From Candidatus Wolfebacteria bacterium (GTDB lineage: Bacteria > Patescibacteriota > Minisyncoccia > UBA6257 > UBA9933): 60,790 bases of DNA. Numbering within the stretch: the stretch's first letter is position 1; each line of letters begins with the position of its first letter. Positions 1 to 8,705 of the stretch are shown piece after piece. Location of the stretch: the NCBI GenBank assembly GCA_016188075.1, contig JACPIO010000014.1, forward strand, positions 1 through 60,790, in the 5' to 3' direction. The translations under genes were made by a program, and so were the position numbers. The notes below the pieces were generated by a model, which ran no database searches, had not been told where the DNA came from, and saw only the letters and a program-made list of their open reading frames with translations.

Positions 1-152
1 AGACGAATCAAGGACCCTGATTATCCTAAACCGATATTGACCAATGACGCCTCTTTTGAGGTTTTTACCTCGCCGACTTCCACCGAATCCGTCGGGAAAG
101 CCGGCAATAGTTTTAGGGCGCTCAAGTTGTCGTTTTGATATGGAAGCTCGTT

Positions 153-662
153 ATGAAAGAAATTGAGATAAAATTTAAAGTAGAAAATTTGGAAGGGCCG
201 AGAAAAATTATAAAAAAACTCGGAGCGCGTTTACTTTGGAAGGGGATTGAGGAAAATTACTATTTTGATACCCTGGATAAAAAATTAAAAAAACGCGGCC
301 AGGTTCTGCGGATTAAAAAATGGAAGGGTTTTGAAACCACGCTCACGTTAAAAACGGATTTGGAAGGTTATAACCGCAAAAGATTTAATATCCGCGAGGA
401 GGCGAGAATGCTCATTGATGAGAGTCACGTAAAATTCGCCGCCCGTATTTTGAAGCACTTGGGCTTTGTTGAATTTTTCCGGTATAATAAATATAGGGAA
501 CATTGGGAAGCGGGAAACGTTTCTTTTGAATTGGATAAGGTCGGTAGCCGTTTTTTTGTGGAAATCGAAGCGCCCAAGAAAAAAATAAGAGAGCTGGCGG
601 ATAAGCTTGGTTTGGATTGGGCAGGATCTACTGCGGAGAGTTATATAGAGCTAATAAAATGA
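153..662 (+). CDS. CYTH-domain protein (class IV adenylyl cyclase / triphosphatase-like)
   Basis: N-terminal EIEIKF matches the ExExK CYTH signature; about 170 aa. The ORF track gives 135..662; the ATG at 153 is preferred. Confidence 0.6.
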   Translation: MKEIEIKFKVENLEGPRKIIKKLGARLLWKGIEENYYFDTLDKKLKKRGQVLRIKKWKGFETTLTLKTDLEGYNRKRFNIREEARMLIDESHVKFAARILKHLGFVEFFRYNKYREHWEAGNVSFELDKVGSRFFVEIEAPKKKIRELADKLGLDWAGSTAESYIELIK

Positions 663-1279
663 AATATTTGATCAATCTTTTTAAGATTATAGAGCTATCT
701 AGATCTCAGCCGCAAACTGGATACGTTTTGCATAGCATTCAGCAAAATGAACTAAGTAATTTAGCCGAACACCATTACTTGGTTGCTTTTATTGCGTGGC
801 AACTTGCTTCGAATCTTCAAAATTTGGGCGCAAAGATAAACGTTGTTAAGGTTTTGGAATTTGCTTTAGTTCACGATCTTGGTGAACTTTTCGGAGGCGA
901 TATCTCTATGCCATACGCGCAAATCAATCCGGAAGCGCGCAGGCACGCTAAAGACTTCGAGGCGGAAAATCAAAAGTTTTTGTCGAAATTTTTTGGTCCG
1001 CAAGCCGATTACTTCAAGGCTTTAAGCGCCGAGGTTCTTAATTTTCATTCTGACGAAGCTGCGGTTGCGAAGATTGCGGATTACTTAGAAGTTACGCATT
1101 ATCTTTTGTATATGGGGGTCACTTTAGATTCTGTTATTGATTCTACCAAGGTAAAAATAGAAAAAATGATTTCCGGTATTAAAGATCCGGTCGCCAATAA
1201 AGAATTGACTAATTTTATCGAAGTTTGGGCCGAAGATTTGCAGAAAGGCACTGCTTTAGATGCGTTGCGTGGCGAATGA
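659..1279 (+). CDS. HD-domain phosphohydrolase (YfbR-like 5'-nucleotidase family)
   Basis: HHYLVAF... and LVHDLGELFGGDI metal-binding H..HD..D pattern. The track ORF is 617..1279; the internal ATG at 659 avoids overlap with the previous gene. Confidence 0.6.
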   Translation: MKYLINLFKIIELSRSQPQTGYVLHSIQQNELSNLAEHHYLVAFIAWQLASNLQNLGAKINVVKVLEFALVHDLGELFGGDISMPYAQINPEARRHAKDFEAENQKFLSKFFGPQADYFKALSAEVLNFHSDEAAVAKIADYLEVTHYLLYMGVTLDSVIDSTKVKIEKMISGIKDPVANKELTNFIEVWAEDLQKGTALDALRGE

Positions 1280-1286
1280 ATGATTT

Positions 1287-1697
1287 ATGGAATTACAAAT
1301 AGGAGTTAAGGTATTATTAAAAAATGAAGATGGTAGGTATCTTCTATTGCGGCGTTCGCCCGCGAAATATCCGGACGTGGCGAAGACTGAACTCTGGGAT
1401 ATTCCGGGCGGCCGGATCGAGGCCGGAAAAACGCTTTTCGATAATTTAAAAAGAGAAGTTAAAGAAGAAGTAAATTTAGAATTAGTTCGCGAGCCGAAGC
1501 TCGTGGCGGCCCAGGATATTTTGCGTTCTCCGGAAAAACACGTGGTTCGATTAACCTACGCGGGCGAAATTGAAGGAGAGCCCCGGCTCGATAACGATCA
1601 CACGGAATTCGGGTGGTTTACGCTAGACCAACTGAAAAACCTCGACAATCTTGATGATTACTTTGGAGAGCTTTTAAGATTGAGGTATTTTTCCTAA
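1287..1697 (+). CDS. NUDIX hydrolase
   Basis: Nudix box GGRIEAGKTLFDNLKREVKEEVNL (GX5EX7REUXEEXGU). Confidence 0.8.
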   Translation: MELQIGVKVLLKNEDGRYLLLRRSPAKYPDVAKTELWDIPGGRIEAGKTLFDNLKREVKEEVNLELVREPKLVAAQDILRSPEKHVVRLTYAGEIEGEPRLDNDHTEFGWFTLDQLKNLDNLDDYFGELLRLRYFS

Positions 1698-1755
1698 AAA
1701 ATTGCAGTTATTTCAGCTATAGCAAATAAAACTGCGAGTTTTTGGAGTGACGCAG

Positions 1756-1796
1756 TTTTGTATTTCTTATAAGATTAATCTCGTATAATGTACACA
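1756..1796 (+). repeat. 41-nt direct repeat copy 1 (TTTTGTATtTCTTATAAGATTAATCTCGTATAATGTACACA), carrying TATAAT and the palindromic core AGATTAATCT
   Basis: Near-identical (one mismatch) to 3629..3669; related copies at 24134..24177 and 34366..34393. Confidence 0.85.
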
Positions 1797-1806
1797 CTTT
1801 TCCCTA

Positions 1807-1834
1807 TTGACATCGTTGATTAGTTTGGTAATAT
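1807..1834 (+). promoter_or_regulatory. Sigma70-like promoter (TTGACA-16 nt-TAATAT)
   Basis: TTGACA at 1807-1812 and TAATAT at 1829-1834, upstream of a leader with two terminator-like hairpins. Confidence 0.45.
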
Positions 1835-1883
1835 CTTAAATATAAATGAATAGCTCAAAAGTCAAAACTTTCTTTAATCATCA

Positions 1884-1963
1884 CAACCTCCCCTTATAGG
1901 AAGGGGTTGGTTGTTTTTCTTTCAATAAAAAGACCATCTACCCCTTCTTGGAAGGTTTTTTTA
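1884..1963 (+). promoter_or_regulatory. Leader with two tandem hairpin+T-run elements (possible attenuator or riboswitch expression platform)
   Basis: CAACCtCCCCTT..AAGGGGttGGTTG+TTTTT (1884-1918) and CCTTCttgGAAGG+TTTTTTT (1940-1963). A 17-codon ORF (1846..1899) ends inside hairpin 1. Confidence 0.35.
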
Positions 1964-2011
1964 TTTTCTAAGAAGGGTGTTCCTTAATAAGCGGAATAGG
2001 AGGGATGGGCA

Positions 2012-2695
2012 ATGGTCGATCTCTTCGAGGCGTTAAGGCGGTTTGAGACCGTAGAGAAAGTGAGCTATCTTTATCCGAATGTAGTCGGTCAAGGCGCGAT
2101 AGATTTTTTCTTTTTTGTCTGTCCGGCACGAAAGCCTTTTAGACTGAATGCCTACGGTACTGGTTTTACCACTGCCTACAGAGAGGGCGTAACGCCTTCT
2201 TCTCTCGAGCGGGTCAAGAGGGTATCTGCCTTTTTGTCTGAATTCGAGAAGAAGGTTACGTTTCCGTTTTCATGTCGTTGTATTTTCGCGAGCGCCGATG
2301 CCTTAATTTTATTTCCTATTCCAATCGATCCTCCCTCACTTCCTTCGGAGGTCGCGGGATTCCCCGTGGTTTCTAACTACGACCTGGTGGCTAAAAATAG
2401 CCAAGTGTGGGCTCGCCTTATGCGAGATAAGCCGTGGGAAAAGGTGCCGGAGAGGATTTCAAATCAGGAAAGAGAAAGATTTTCTTCTCTTTTCTGGTCT
2501 CGTCCTCCGGCGAACCTCATCCGTGAATTCATCGACCGTTCATTCGCTGGATTCGCTTTGGACGGAATTCTCGCGAGGCAAGGCTGTTTTGGCTCGAATC
2601 CGGTTTTACTAGGAGTAGAAGGCGAGGGCGTGGCTATTCTTCAGAACGCCGGCCTTTCTAAGCCAGAATGGCTGCCTGTTGCTTTGCTTAAATAA
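2012..2695 (+). CDS. Hypothetical protein (uncharacterised family, CPxR motif)
   Basis: 227-aa ORF. Distantly similar in motif order to the next ORF (VCPAR / ECPPR; FASADALILFP / IADTNAYYITP; SFAGFALDGI / TYAAEGITF). Confidence 0.5.
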   Translation: MVDLFEALRRFETVEKVSYLYPNVVGQGAIDFFFFVCPARKPFRLNAYGTGFTTAYREGVTPSSLERVKRVSAFLSEFEKKVTFPFSCRCIFASADALILFPIPIDPPSLPSEVAGFPVVSNYDLVAKNSQVWARLMRDKPWEKVPERISNQERERFSSLFWSRPPANLIREFIDRSFAGFALDGILARQGCFGSNPVLLGVEGEGVAILQNAGLSKPEWLPVALLK

Positions 2696-2711
2696 GAAGG
2701 GAGGAGGTCTT

Positions 2712-2748
2712 AGAGCGGGAGGAAGAAATTTTTTCTTCCTCCCGCTCT
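2712..2748 (+). terminator. 17-bp perfect hairpin between the two paralogous ORFs
   Basis: AGAGCGGGAGGAAGAAA ttt TTTCTTCCTCCCGCTCT; no clean T-run follows. Confidence 0.4.
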
Positions 2749-2756
2749 CTCAAAAT

Positions 2757-3599
2757 ATGTACAATAAAACCGATTTTATTGTAGAAAAAATTAAAAAGTT
2801 TTCTCAAAAACCTCCAGAAAATGAGAGGGTGATTAGACTTTGCATAAACCAGTCTTTAAGAGGAACCCCTATAACTTTTTATAACTGGGAGTGTCCGCCT
2901 CGGGTTTTAATCCGGGATAGGCAAGGCCGATTATTGCTTAATTATTTGGTTGATATAGATAAGGTATTTAGAGGAGAAAAAATTGATAAATACACAGAGA
3001 TTCCTCGGGTAGTGAAAGATCAAAATAGAGAGATAAAAATTTTAAAATTATTAAATTCTCTGGGTATTAAATTCCGTTTTGTGAAAATCATTGCCGATAC
3101 CAATGCTTACTACATTACCCCAAATTCTTTGGAGGCTTTGGGAGAGAAAAATATTCGGCGGAGCCTTTCTATTTTTAAAAGAAAAATAAAAGAGATAACG
3201 GATAAGGCGTATAGCGTCAAACCCAAAGTTTACCTGTTTACAAAGTTAATGTCTGGATTTCGCAGCGACTACGATACGGTCTTTAACGAATCTTTAAAAT
3301 TATTAGCCAAGCCGGCTGATTTAATCCGTCAGAAAACCTGGAATGAAGAAATTAATTATTTAAGACGGCACATTGGTTTTAGAAATAATCAAAAAGACGA
3401 GCTCGTAAATTTCGCGCGGAGAACCATAGCTACTTACGCGGCCGAAGGAATAACTTTTGATTTGCTTTCCCGAACTGAATATTTTTCTAATTGCGTTTGG
3501 TTAAATATTGAAGAGATGAGTGATAGAGTTGTTGAAATAACCAACTGTTTAAGAATTAAAAAAGGACTCGGCGCAATGCCCATGATTTTTCCAGTTTGA
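2757..3599 (+). CDS. Hypothetical protein, paralogue of the 2012..2695 family
   Basis: The track ORF is 2679..3599; the ATG at 2757 lies after the hairpin. Shares motifs with the upstream ORF. Confidence 0.5.
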   Translation: MYNKTDFIVEKIKKFSQKPPENERVIRLCINQSLRGTPITFYNWECPPRVLIRDRQGRLLLNYLVDIDKVFRGEKIDKYTEIPRVVKDQNREIKILKLLNSLGIKFRFVKIIADTNAYYITPNSLEALGEKNIRRSLSIFKRKIKEITDKAYSVKPKVYLFTKLMSGFRSDYDTVFNESLKLLAKPADLIRQKTWNEEINYLRRHIGFRNNQKDELVNFARRTIATYAAEGITFDLLSRTEYFSNCVWLNIEEMSDRVVEITNCLRIKKGLGAMPMIFPV

Positions 3600-3628
3600 T
3601 TATTAACGTTTTGCGATGACGTCCAAAA

Positions 3629-3669
3629 TTTTGTATCTCTTATAAGATTAATCTCGTATAATGTACACA
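3629..3669 (+). repeat. 41-nt direct repeat copy 2 (with TATAAT at 3657-3662)
   Basis: Matches 1756..1796 with one mismatch. Confidence 0.85.
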
Positions 3670-3718
3670 TTTTTACACTGTCTTGATTAATAAGGAGAAA
3701 TGGTGTTATACTTAGTTG

Positions 3719-3871
3719 ATGAAATACCCTTGGGCGAGCGTGGCAATTATCGCGGTCTGGGGCGGATCGCTTTTAATCTCTGTTTTCAGAGCCAATTCTG
3801 ATCCGGCCATGGTTTTGGTTTTCGCCACTTTGGCCACGGCCATTATCGCGATTCTTGGCTTTCGCTCGTAG
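3719..3871 (+). CDS. Small 2-TM membrane protein (50 aa), MKYPW family
   Basis: Not in the track (under 60 aa). MKYPWASVAIIAVWGG...ILGFRS is a paralogue of the 52-aa ORF at 5400..5558. Confidence 0.45.
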   Translation: MKYPWASVAIIAVWGGSLLISVFRANSDPAMVLVFATLATAIIAILGFRS

Positions 3872-3897
3872 AATAAATTGCGAGGATTACGAAACTA

Positions 3898-5382
3898 ATG
3901 GAAAGAATCCCCATAATTTTAGTTTTTCGGAGAATAGGGCAGATTATTCTCGCCCTTTTTAAATACTTGCCGAAATTAAAACAAGGCGGACCGCGATACT
4001 GGCGTTTCGTGATTGAAGATTTAGGCGGCGGCATTATAAAAATTGCCCAAATTTTGGCAATGCGTTATGAGATTCTGCCGAAACGTTACTGCGAAGAATT
4101 TGCCGGCTTGTTCGATGCGGTCGCGCCTATTTCTCCAAAAGAAATTCAAGAAGTTTTTAAAGAAGAATTCGGTGCTTTGCCGGAATCAATTTTCGAGAAA
4201 TTTTCTTATGAATCTTTTGCCAGCGCTTCTTTTGGTCAGGTTCATATCGCGGAATTAAAAAATCAAAAACTGGCGGTCAAAATTCAAAAACCCGATGTCC
4301 AAAGATGGGCGTTGGCTGATATCCTGATTATTAAATTCTTGGCCTTTGGGGCGCGGCTCGTAATTCGAGCGCCGGTTGATCTTCGGGAGGCTGTTCGGGA
4401 GTGGGAAAGCTGGACGCTCCGGGAATTGGATTATCGGTTGGAGGCGGAGAACGCCGAGCGTTTTCGGGCGCAAAACACTAATCCCGAAGTTTATATCCCT
4501 AAAGTTTTTAAGGAATATAGCAGGGCTAAAATTTTGACGGAGGAATTTTTAGAAGGAGTAAGTTTGAATGAAATTCATAGAGATACGGAAATCCTTTCGT
4601 TGGAGGATCGGACGCGAATTACAAAAAAGCTTGTTTACGCCCAACTTTGGGCTTATTTTAAAACCGGATTTTTTCACGCTGATCCGCATCCGGGGAATGT
4701 TATTCTTTTGGGTGATGGGCGTTTGGCTTTTGTTGATTTCGGAATTATGGGCCAAGCCGGCACGCCAAGAGAAAACCATCATTTCGCCAATTTTATTAAG
4801 TTTTCGGCGGAGGGTGTAATTGAGGAGGCAGTTGGTCATTTTAGGAAGGTTATGACTGGAGCGGGAGCCTTGCCCATCATTGCCGAAATTCTTCCGGGCC
4901 GGTTGCGGAGAAAGCCAGCAGCTAAGTTAGAAAAGGGATTTAACCGCTTTTTAGTGCATAAGCTCGGCGCCGTAATTTTGAGATGGGGGGAGCGGGTTGG
5001 TTCACAAGAGGAAAGTCTCTTAGAGCGGAGCACGGCCCGGCATTTTCTTTCCCTGCTTTCTCTTGGACAGAGATTCGGGTTAGAGATGCCCGTGAACCTT
5101 TTAGCTTTTATTCGTTCTACGATTATCGTTGATATGATTTGTTTGCTTCTGAATCCGGAATTCAATATGAAAGAAGAGCTTTCTTCTTACTTTCGCGAGT
5201 ATCCGGAGGTTTGCGGCTCGCCGGTTTTGGAAATGTCGTCGGTCGCGGAAACAAAAGTAAGTCTAATGTTTGGGTCTCGCGAGAGATTGATTGAGAAATA
5301 CCGCGAAGATATTTTTAGAATACTGGAAAAGATAATAGAGGAGGGCTCCCACGCTCTGGCCTATTTTTCAACTCGGTTATAG
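3898..5382 (+). CDS. ABC1/UbiB-family atypical protein kinase
   Basis: FASASFGQVH..AVKIQKPDV and HADPHPGNV...VDFGIMG motifs. Confidence 0.85.
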   Translation: MERIPIILVFRRIGQIILALFKYLPKLKQGGPRYWRFVIEDLGGGIIKIAQILAMRYEILPKRYCEEFAGLFDAVAPISPKEIQEVFKEEFGALPESIFEKFSYESFASASFGQVHIAELKNQKLAVKIQKPDVQRWALADILIIKFLAFGARLVIRAPVDLREAVREWESWTLRELDYRLEAENAERFRAQNTNPEVYIPKVFKEYSRAKILTEEFLEGVSLNEIHRDTEILSLEDRTRITKKLVYAQLWAYFKTGFFHADPHPGNVILLGDGRLAFVDFGIMGQAGTPRENHHFANFIKFSAEGVIEEAVGHFRKVMTGAGALPIIAEILPGRLRRKPAAKLEKGFNRFLVHKLGAVILRWGERVGSQEESLLERSTARHFLSLLSLGQRFGLEMPVNLLAFIRSTIIVDMICLLLNPEFNMKEELSSYFREYPEVCGSPVLEMSSVAETKVSLMFGSRERLIEKYREDIFRILEKIIEEGSHALAYFSTRL

Positions 5383-5399
5383 TGTATACTAAATAATAT

Positions 5400-5558
5400 A
5401 TGAAATATCCGTGGGTCGGATTATCAATCTTAATTATTTGGCTCGTTGGCGCGATCATCGGAATCGCGAGAAAAGACGTGCGGATTGAGTATCTTTTGAC
5501 GCTGATTCTCCTGTCAACGCTGATTTTGGGCTTTGTCGGTTTTCGATCGCCAAAATAA
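5400..5558 (+). CDS. Small 2-TM membrane protein (52 aa), MKYPW family
   Basis: MKYPWVGLSILIIWLVG...ILGFVGFRSPK. Shares the N-terminus, W14 and the GF.GFRS C-terminus with 3719..3871. Confidence 0.45.
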   Translation: MKYPWVGLSILIIWLVGAIIGIARKDVRIEYLLTLILLSTLILGFVGFRSPK

Positions 5559-5677
5559 GCCATATTCAGGCCTCTAATTCTGTCTTTTTTGTCCCGTAGG
5601 GGCTTGTTCCCCGGCTATATTTTTGATATACTGAAGTTACCCGTTGGGGTATATTTTGTTTTGAATAAATAAAAACC

Positions 5678-7768
5678 ATGCCCAAGAAAGCTTTAAAAAC
5701 AGAAAAAAAACCGCCTGTAATCGGCCAAAATCAAAAACCGGAAAATAATCACAACGCCTCGGCTTCCTATGGAGCCAAGGATATTTACGTTCTCGAAGGT
5801 TTGGAGCCGGTCCGGAAACGGCCGGGAATGTATATCGGCTCAACCGGAGTGGATGGCTTACATCATTTGATTTGGGAAGTTTGCGACAACAGCCTCGACG
5901 AGGCAATGGCTGGTTTTGCCAAAAATATCCGGGTGGAGCTTTTGCCGGATAACAAAGTGGCGGTGACTGACGACGGCCGAGGCATTCCGGTTGATATTCA
6001 CTCGCAGACAAAAAAATCAGCCCTGGAAACCGTGATGTGTACTTTGCATGCCGGCGGAAAGTTCGGCGGCGAATCCTATAAGGTCGCGGGCGGTCTTCAC
6101 GGCGTAGGCGTTTCTGTGGTTAACGCGCTTTCCCAGTGGATGCGGGTTGAGGTTTGTCGCGAAGGCGAGCTCTGGTCCCAGGAATACGAGCGCGGTAATC
6201 CGAAATATAAAGTTAAAAAAGAAGGGAAATGCGGCGAGAATGGCACAAGGGTAACTTTTTCTCCGGATCCCAAAGTTTTTTCCAAAATCGAATTTGACCG
6301 TAAAAGAATTTTAGATCATCTTCGCCAGCAGGCTTTCTTAACCAAGGGTGTTAAAATCGAAATTATGGATTCCCGGGACGATCCGCCTTTTTACTACGGT
6401 TTTCAATTCGAGGGCGGGCTTTTATCTTTTATTCAATATCTCGACGAATCCAATGAAGAGATTCAGAAGGAGATTTTTTATACGCATAAAAATTATGAGG
6501 ATATCGATGTTGAAGCAGCTTTTTCTTACAACAAAGAAAGCGATACGCAAGAATTGAGTTTTGCCAACAATATTTATACTCCGGATGGCGGAATGCATTT
6601 AACCGGATTTCGATCAGCCTTGACCAGAACCTTAAACGATTACGCCCGAAAAGAAGGATATCTCAAAAATTCTGATGAAAATCTGATTGGTGACGATGTG
6701 CGGGAAGGGTTAGTCGCGATCGTTTCTGTCAAACTTCGCGAGCCGCAATTTGAAGGTCAAACCAAGGCGCGATTGGGCAATCCGCCGGCTCGAACCGCGG
6801 TTGAGGCGGTGGTGGCCGAAGCTTTAAAAGAATTTTTAGAGAAAAATTCTAATGACGCCCGCGTCATCCTTGACAAGTGTTTGCTTACGCAAAAATCCCG
6901 CAAAGCGGCCCGGGCGGCAAAAGAAAGCGTTTTAAGAAAAGGCGTGCTTGACGGAATGACTTTGCCGGGCAAGCTGGCCGATTGCTCGAGTCGTAATCCA
7001 GAGGAATCGGAATTATTTATCGCGGAAGGCGATTCGGCCGGAGGCTCGGCCAAATCAGCGCGCGACAGGCGATATCAGGCGATTCTTCCTTTGCGCGGAA
7101 AAATTTTAAATGTTGAAAAATCCCGGATTGATAAAATGCTTTTAAATAAAGAAATCCGGTCATTGGTTATGGCCATTGGCACCGCTATTGGCGACGAGTT
7201 CGATATTTCGAAAATCAGATATCATCGGGTGATTCTCGCGACGGACGCCGACGTCGACGGCGCGCATATCCGAACTCTGCTTTTAACGCTGTTTTACCGT
7301 TATTTTATTCAGATAATTGAAAAGGGCCATCTTTACATTGCCCAACCGCCGCTCTATCGTATTCAATCCGGAAAGGAGGCGAGATACGCTTATACAGATT
7401 ATCAAAAGGAATTGATCGTTGCTGATTTTCAAAAAATTAAAGATCAAAAATTATTTTTGCGAAGCAAATCCCCGGAGGGTCAGATTAAAAATACAGATCA
7501 AAAAGTAAAAATTGAGGAAAAAGAAGAAAAGGAAGGAGAGGGCACGAAAGGCATCAGTATCCAGCGTTATAAGGGTTTGGGCGAGATGAATCCGGAACAA
7601 CTTTGGGAGACAACCATGGATCCGGAAAAAAGAATTTTGAAATTGGTAATGATTGAAGACGCTAAAGAGGCGGAACGGTTGTTTGATATTTTGATGGGCG
7701 AAGCAGTCGAGCCGCGAAAGCATTTTATCCAGAGTCAGGCGACAATGGTTAAAAATCTTGACGTTTAA
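5678..7768 (+). CDS. gyrB: DNA gyrase subunit B
   Basis: GLHHLIWEVCDNSLDEA, LHGVG, EGDSAGG, PLRGKILNVE, IATDADVDGAHI, YKGLGEMNPEQLWETTMDP. Confidence 0.97.
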   Translation: MPKKALKTEKKPPVIGQNQKPENNHNASASYGAKDIYVLEGLEPVRKRPGMYIGSTGVDGLHHLIWEVCDNSLDEAMAGFAKNIRVELLPDNKVAVTDDGRGIPVDIHSQTKKSALETVMCTLHAGGKFGGESYKVAGGLHGVGVSVVNALSQWMRVEVCREGELWSQEYERGNPKYKVKKEGKCGENGTRVTFSPDPKVFSKIEFDRKRILDHLRQQAFLTKGVKIEIMDSRDDPPFYYGFQFEGGLLSFIQYLDESNEEIQKEIFYTHKNYEDIDVEAAFSYNKESDTQELSFANNIYTPDGGMHLTGFRSALTRTLNDYARKEGYLKNSDENLIGDDVREGLVAIVSVKLREPQFEGQTKARLGNPPARTAVEAVVAEALKEFLEKNSNDARVILDKCLLTQKSRKAARAAKESVLRKGVLDGMTLPGKLADCSSRNPEESELFIAEGDSAGGSAKSARDRRYQAILPLRGKILNVEKSRIDKMLLNKEIRSLVMAIGTAIGDEFDISKIRYHRVILATDADVDGAHIRTLLLTLFYRYFIQIIEKGHLYIAQPPLYRIQSGKEARYAYTDYQKELIVADFQKIKDQKLFLRSKSPEGQIKNTDQKVKIEEKEEKEGEGTKGISIQRYKGLGEMNPEQLWETTMDPEKRILKLVMIEDAKEAERLFDILMGEAVEPRKHFIQSQATMVKNLDV

Positions 7769-7815
7769 TCGCGATACCAATATACTAATGCATACTAATT
7801 TGTTAGCATCGGCTT

Positions 7816-8001
7816 ATGCTTTTGCGTCTTAAATCTTATCTTCAAGAATCGCGGCAGGAGTTTCGCCGGGTCAATTGGCCGACGCGCCAGGAAACGATTC
7901 GTTTGACGTTGATTGTTATCGGTATTTCTCTTGGCGTAGCTGTTTTTTTGGGCATTTTGGATTTTGTTTTTGGCTATGCTTTAGAGAAATTTTTAGCGTA
8001 A
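7816..8001 (+). CDS. secE: Preprotein translocase subunit SecE
   Basis: 61 aa with EFRRVNWPTRQE plus a single TM helix, directly upstream of nusG. Confidence 0.8.
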   Translation: MLLRLKSYLQESRQEFRRVNWPTRQETIRLTLIVIGISLGVAVFLGILDFVFGYALEKFLA

Positions 8002-8619
8002 ATGGAAGAATCAAATAAAAAAGTTAATCAGGAAGCCGGGTCGGAAAAGCCGGCCAAGTCCGGCACGCGATTCCCGGAGGGCGTAAAGAAGGGCGAGCGG
8101 CATTGGTACGCGGCGCACACTTACGCCGGCTACGAAGACGCGGTGGCGCGCTATTTGCGTCAAAGAGTGGACACGCTGATGATGAATGACAAGATTTTCA
8201 ACGTTATTGTTCCCAAGGAGAAAAAGATTAAAATTAAAAACGGCAAGCGGAAAGTAATCGAGGAAAAGCTTTATCCGGGCTATGTTCTGGTTGATATGGT
8301 GATGAGCGAAGATTCTTGGTATATCGTCAGAAATACTCCTCGCGTCACCGGCTTTGTGGGCGCGGATTCAACCGAACCCACCCCGCTTTCCAAAGAAGAA
8401 GTGGATGCTTTGATGGGTAGGATGGAGGGTGAGGAGCCGAAGTTTAAAATTGAATTAAGAATCGGCGATGCTATAAAAATTATCGACGGGCCGTTTAAGG
8501 ATTATGACGGAAAAGTTTCATCCGTTGACGATGAGCACGGAAAAGTGAAAGTAATGGTCCCGATTTTCGGCCGCGAAACGGCCGTGGAATTGGATTCGCT
8601 GCAGGTACAGAGGATATAA
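8002..8619 (+). CDS. nusG: Transcription termination/antitermination factor NusG
   Basis: WY..HTYAGYE NGN domain and a KOW motif (GDAIKIIDGPFKDYDGKV). Confidence 0.9.
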   Translation: MEESNKKVNQEAGSEKPAKSGTRFPEGVKKGERHWYAAHTYAGYEDAVARYLRQRVDTLMMNDKIFNVIVPKEKKIKIKNGKRKVIEEKLYPGYVLVDMVMSEDSWYIVRNTPRVTGFVGADSTEPTPLSKEEVDALMGRMEGEEPKFKIELRIGDAIKIIDGPFKDYDGKVSSVDDEHGKVKVMVPIFGRETAVELDSLQVQRI

Positions 8620-8623
8620 GTTG

Positions 8624-8701
8624 ACTACAGACTACAGTCTACGGACTACGGCCGAATAGTAAAATGCTGTAGTCGGTAGTCTGTAAGCCGTAGACTTTTT
8701 T
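8624..8701 (+). terminator. Long imperfect hairpin of CTACAG/CTACGG words plus a T-run
   Basis: gactacagactacagtctacggactacgg...ctgtagtcggtagtctgtaagccgtagac TTTTTT. A related module lies at 25261..25330. Confidence 0.6.
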
Positions 8702-8705
8702 CGTT

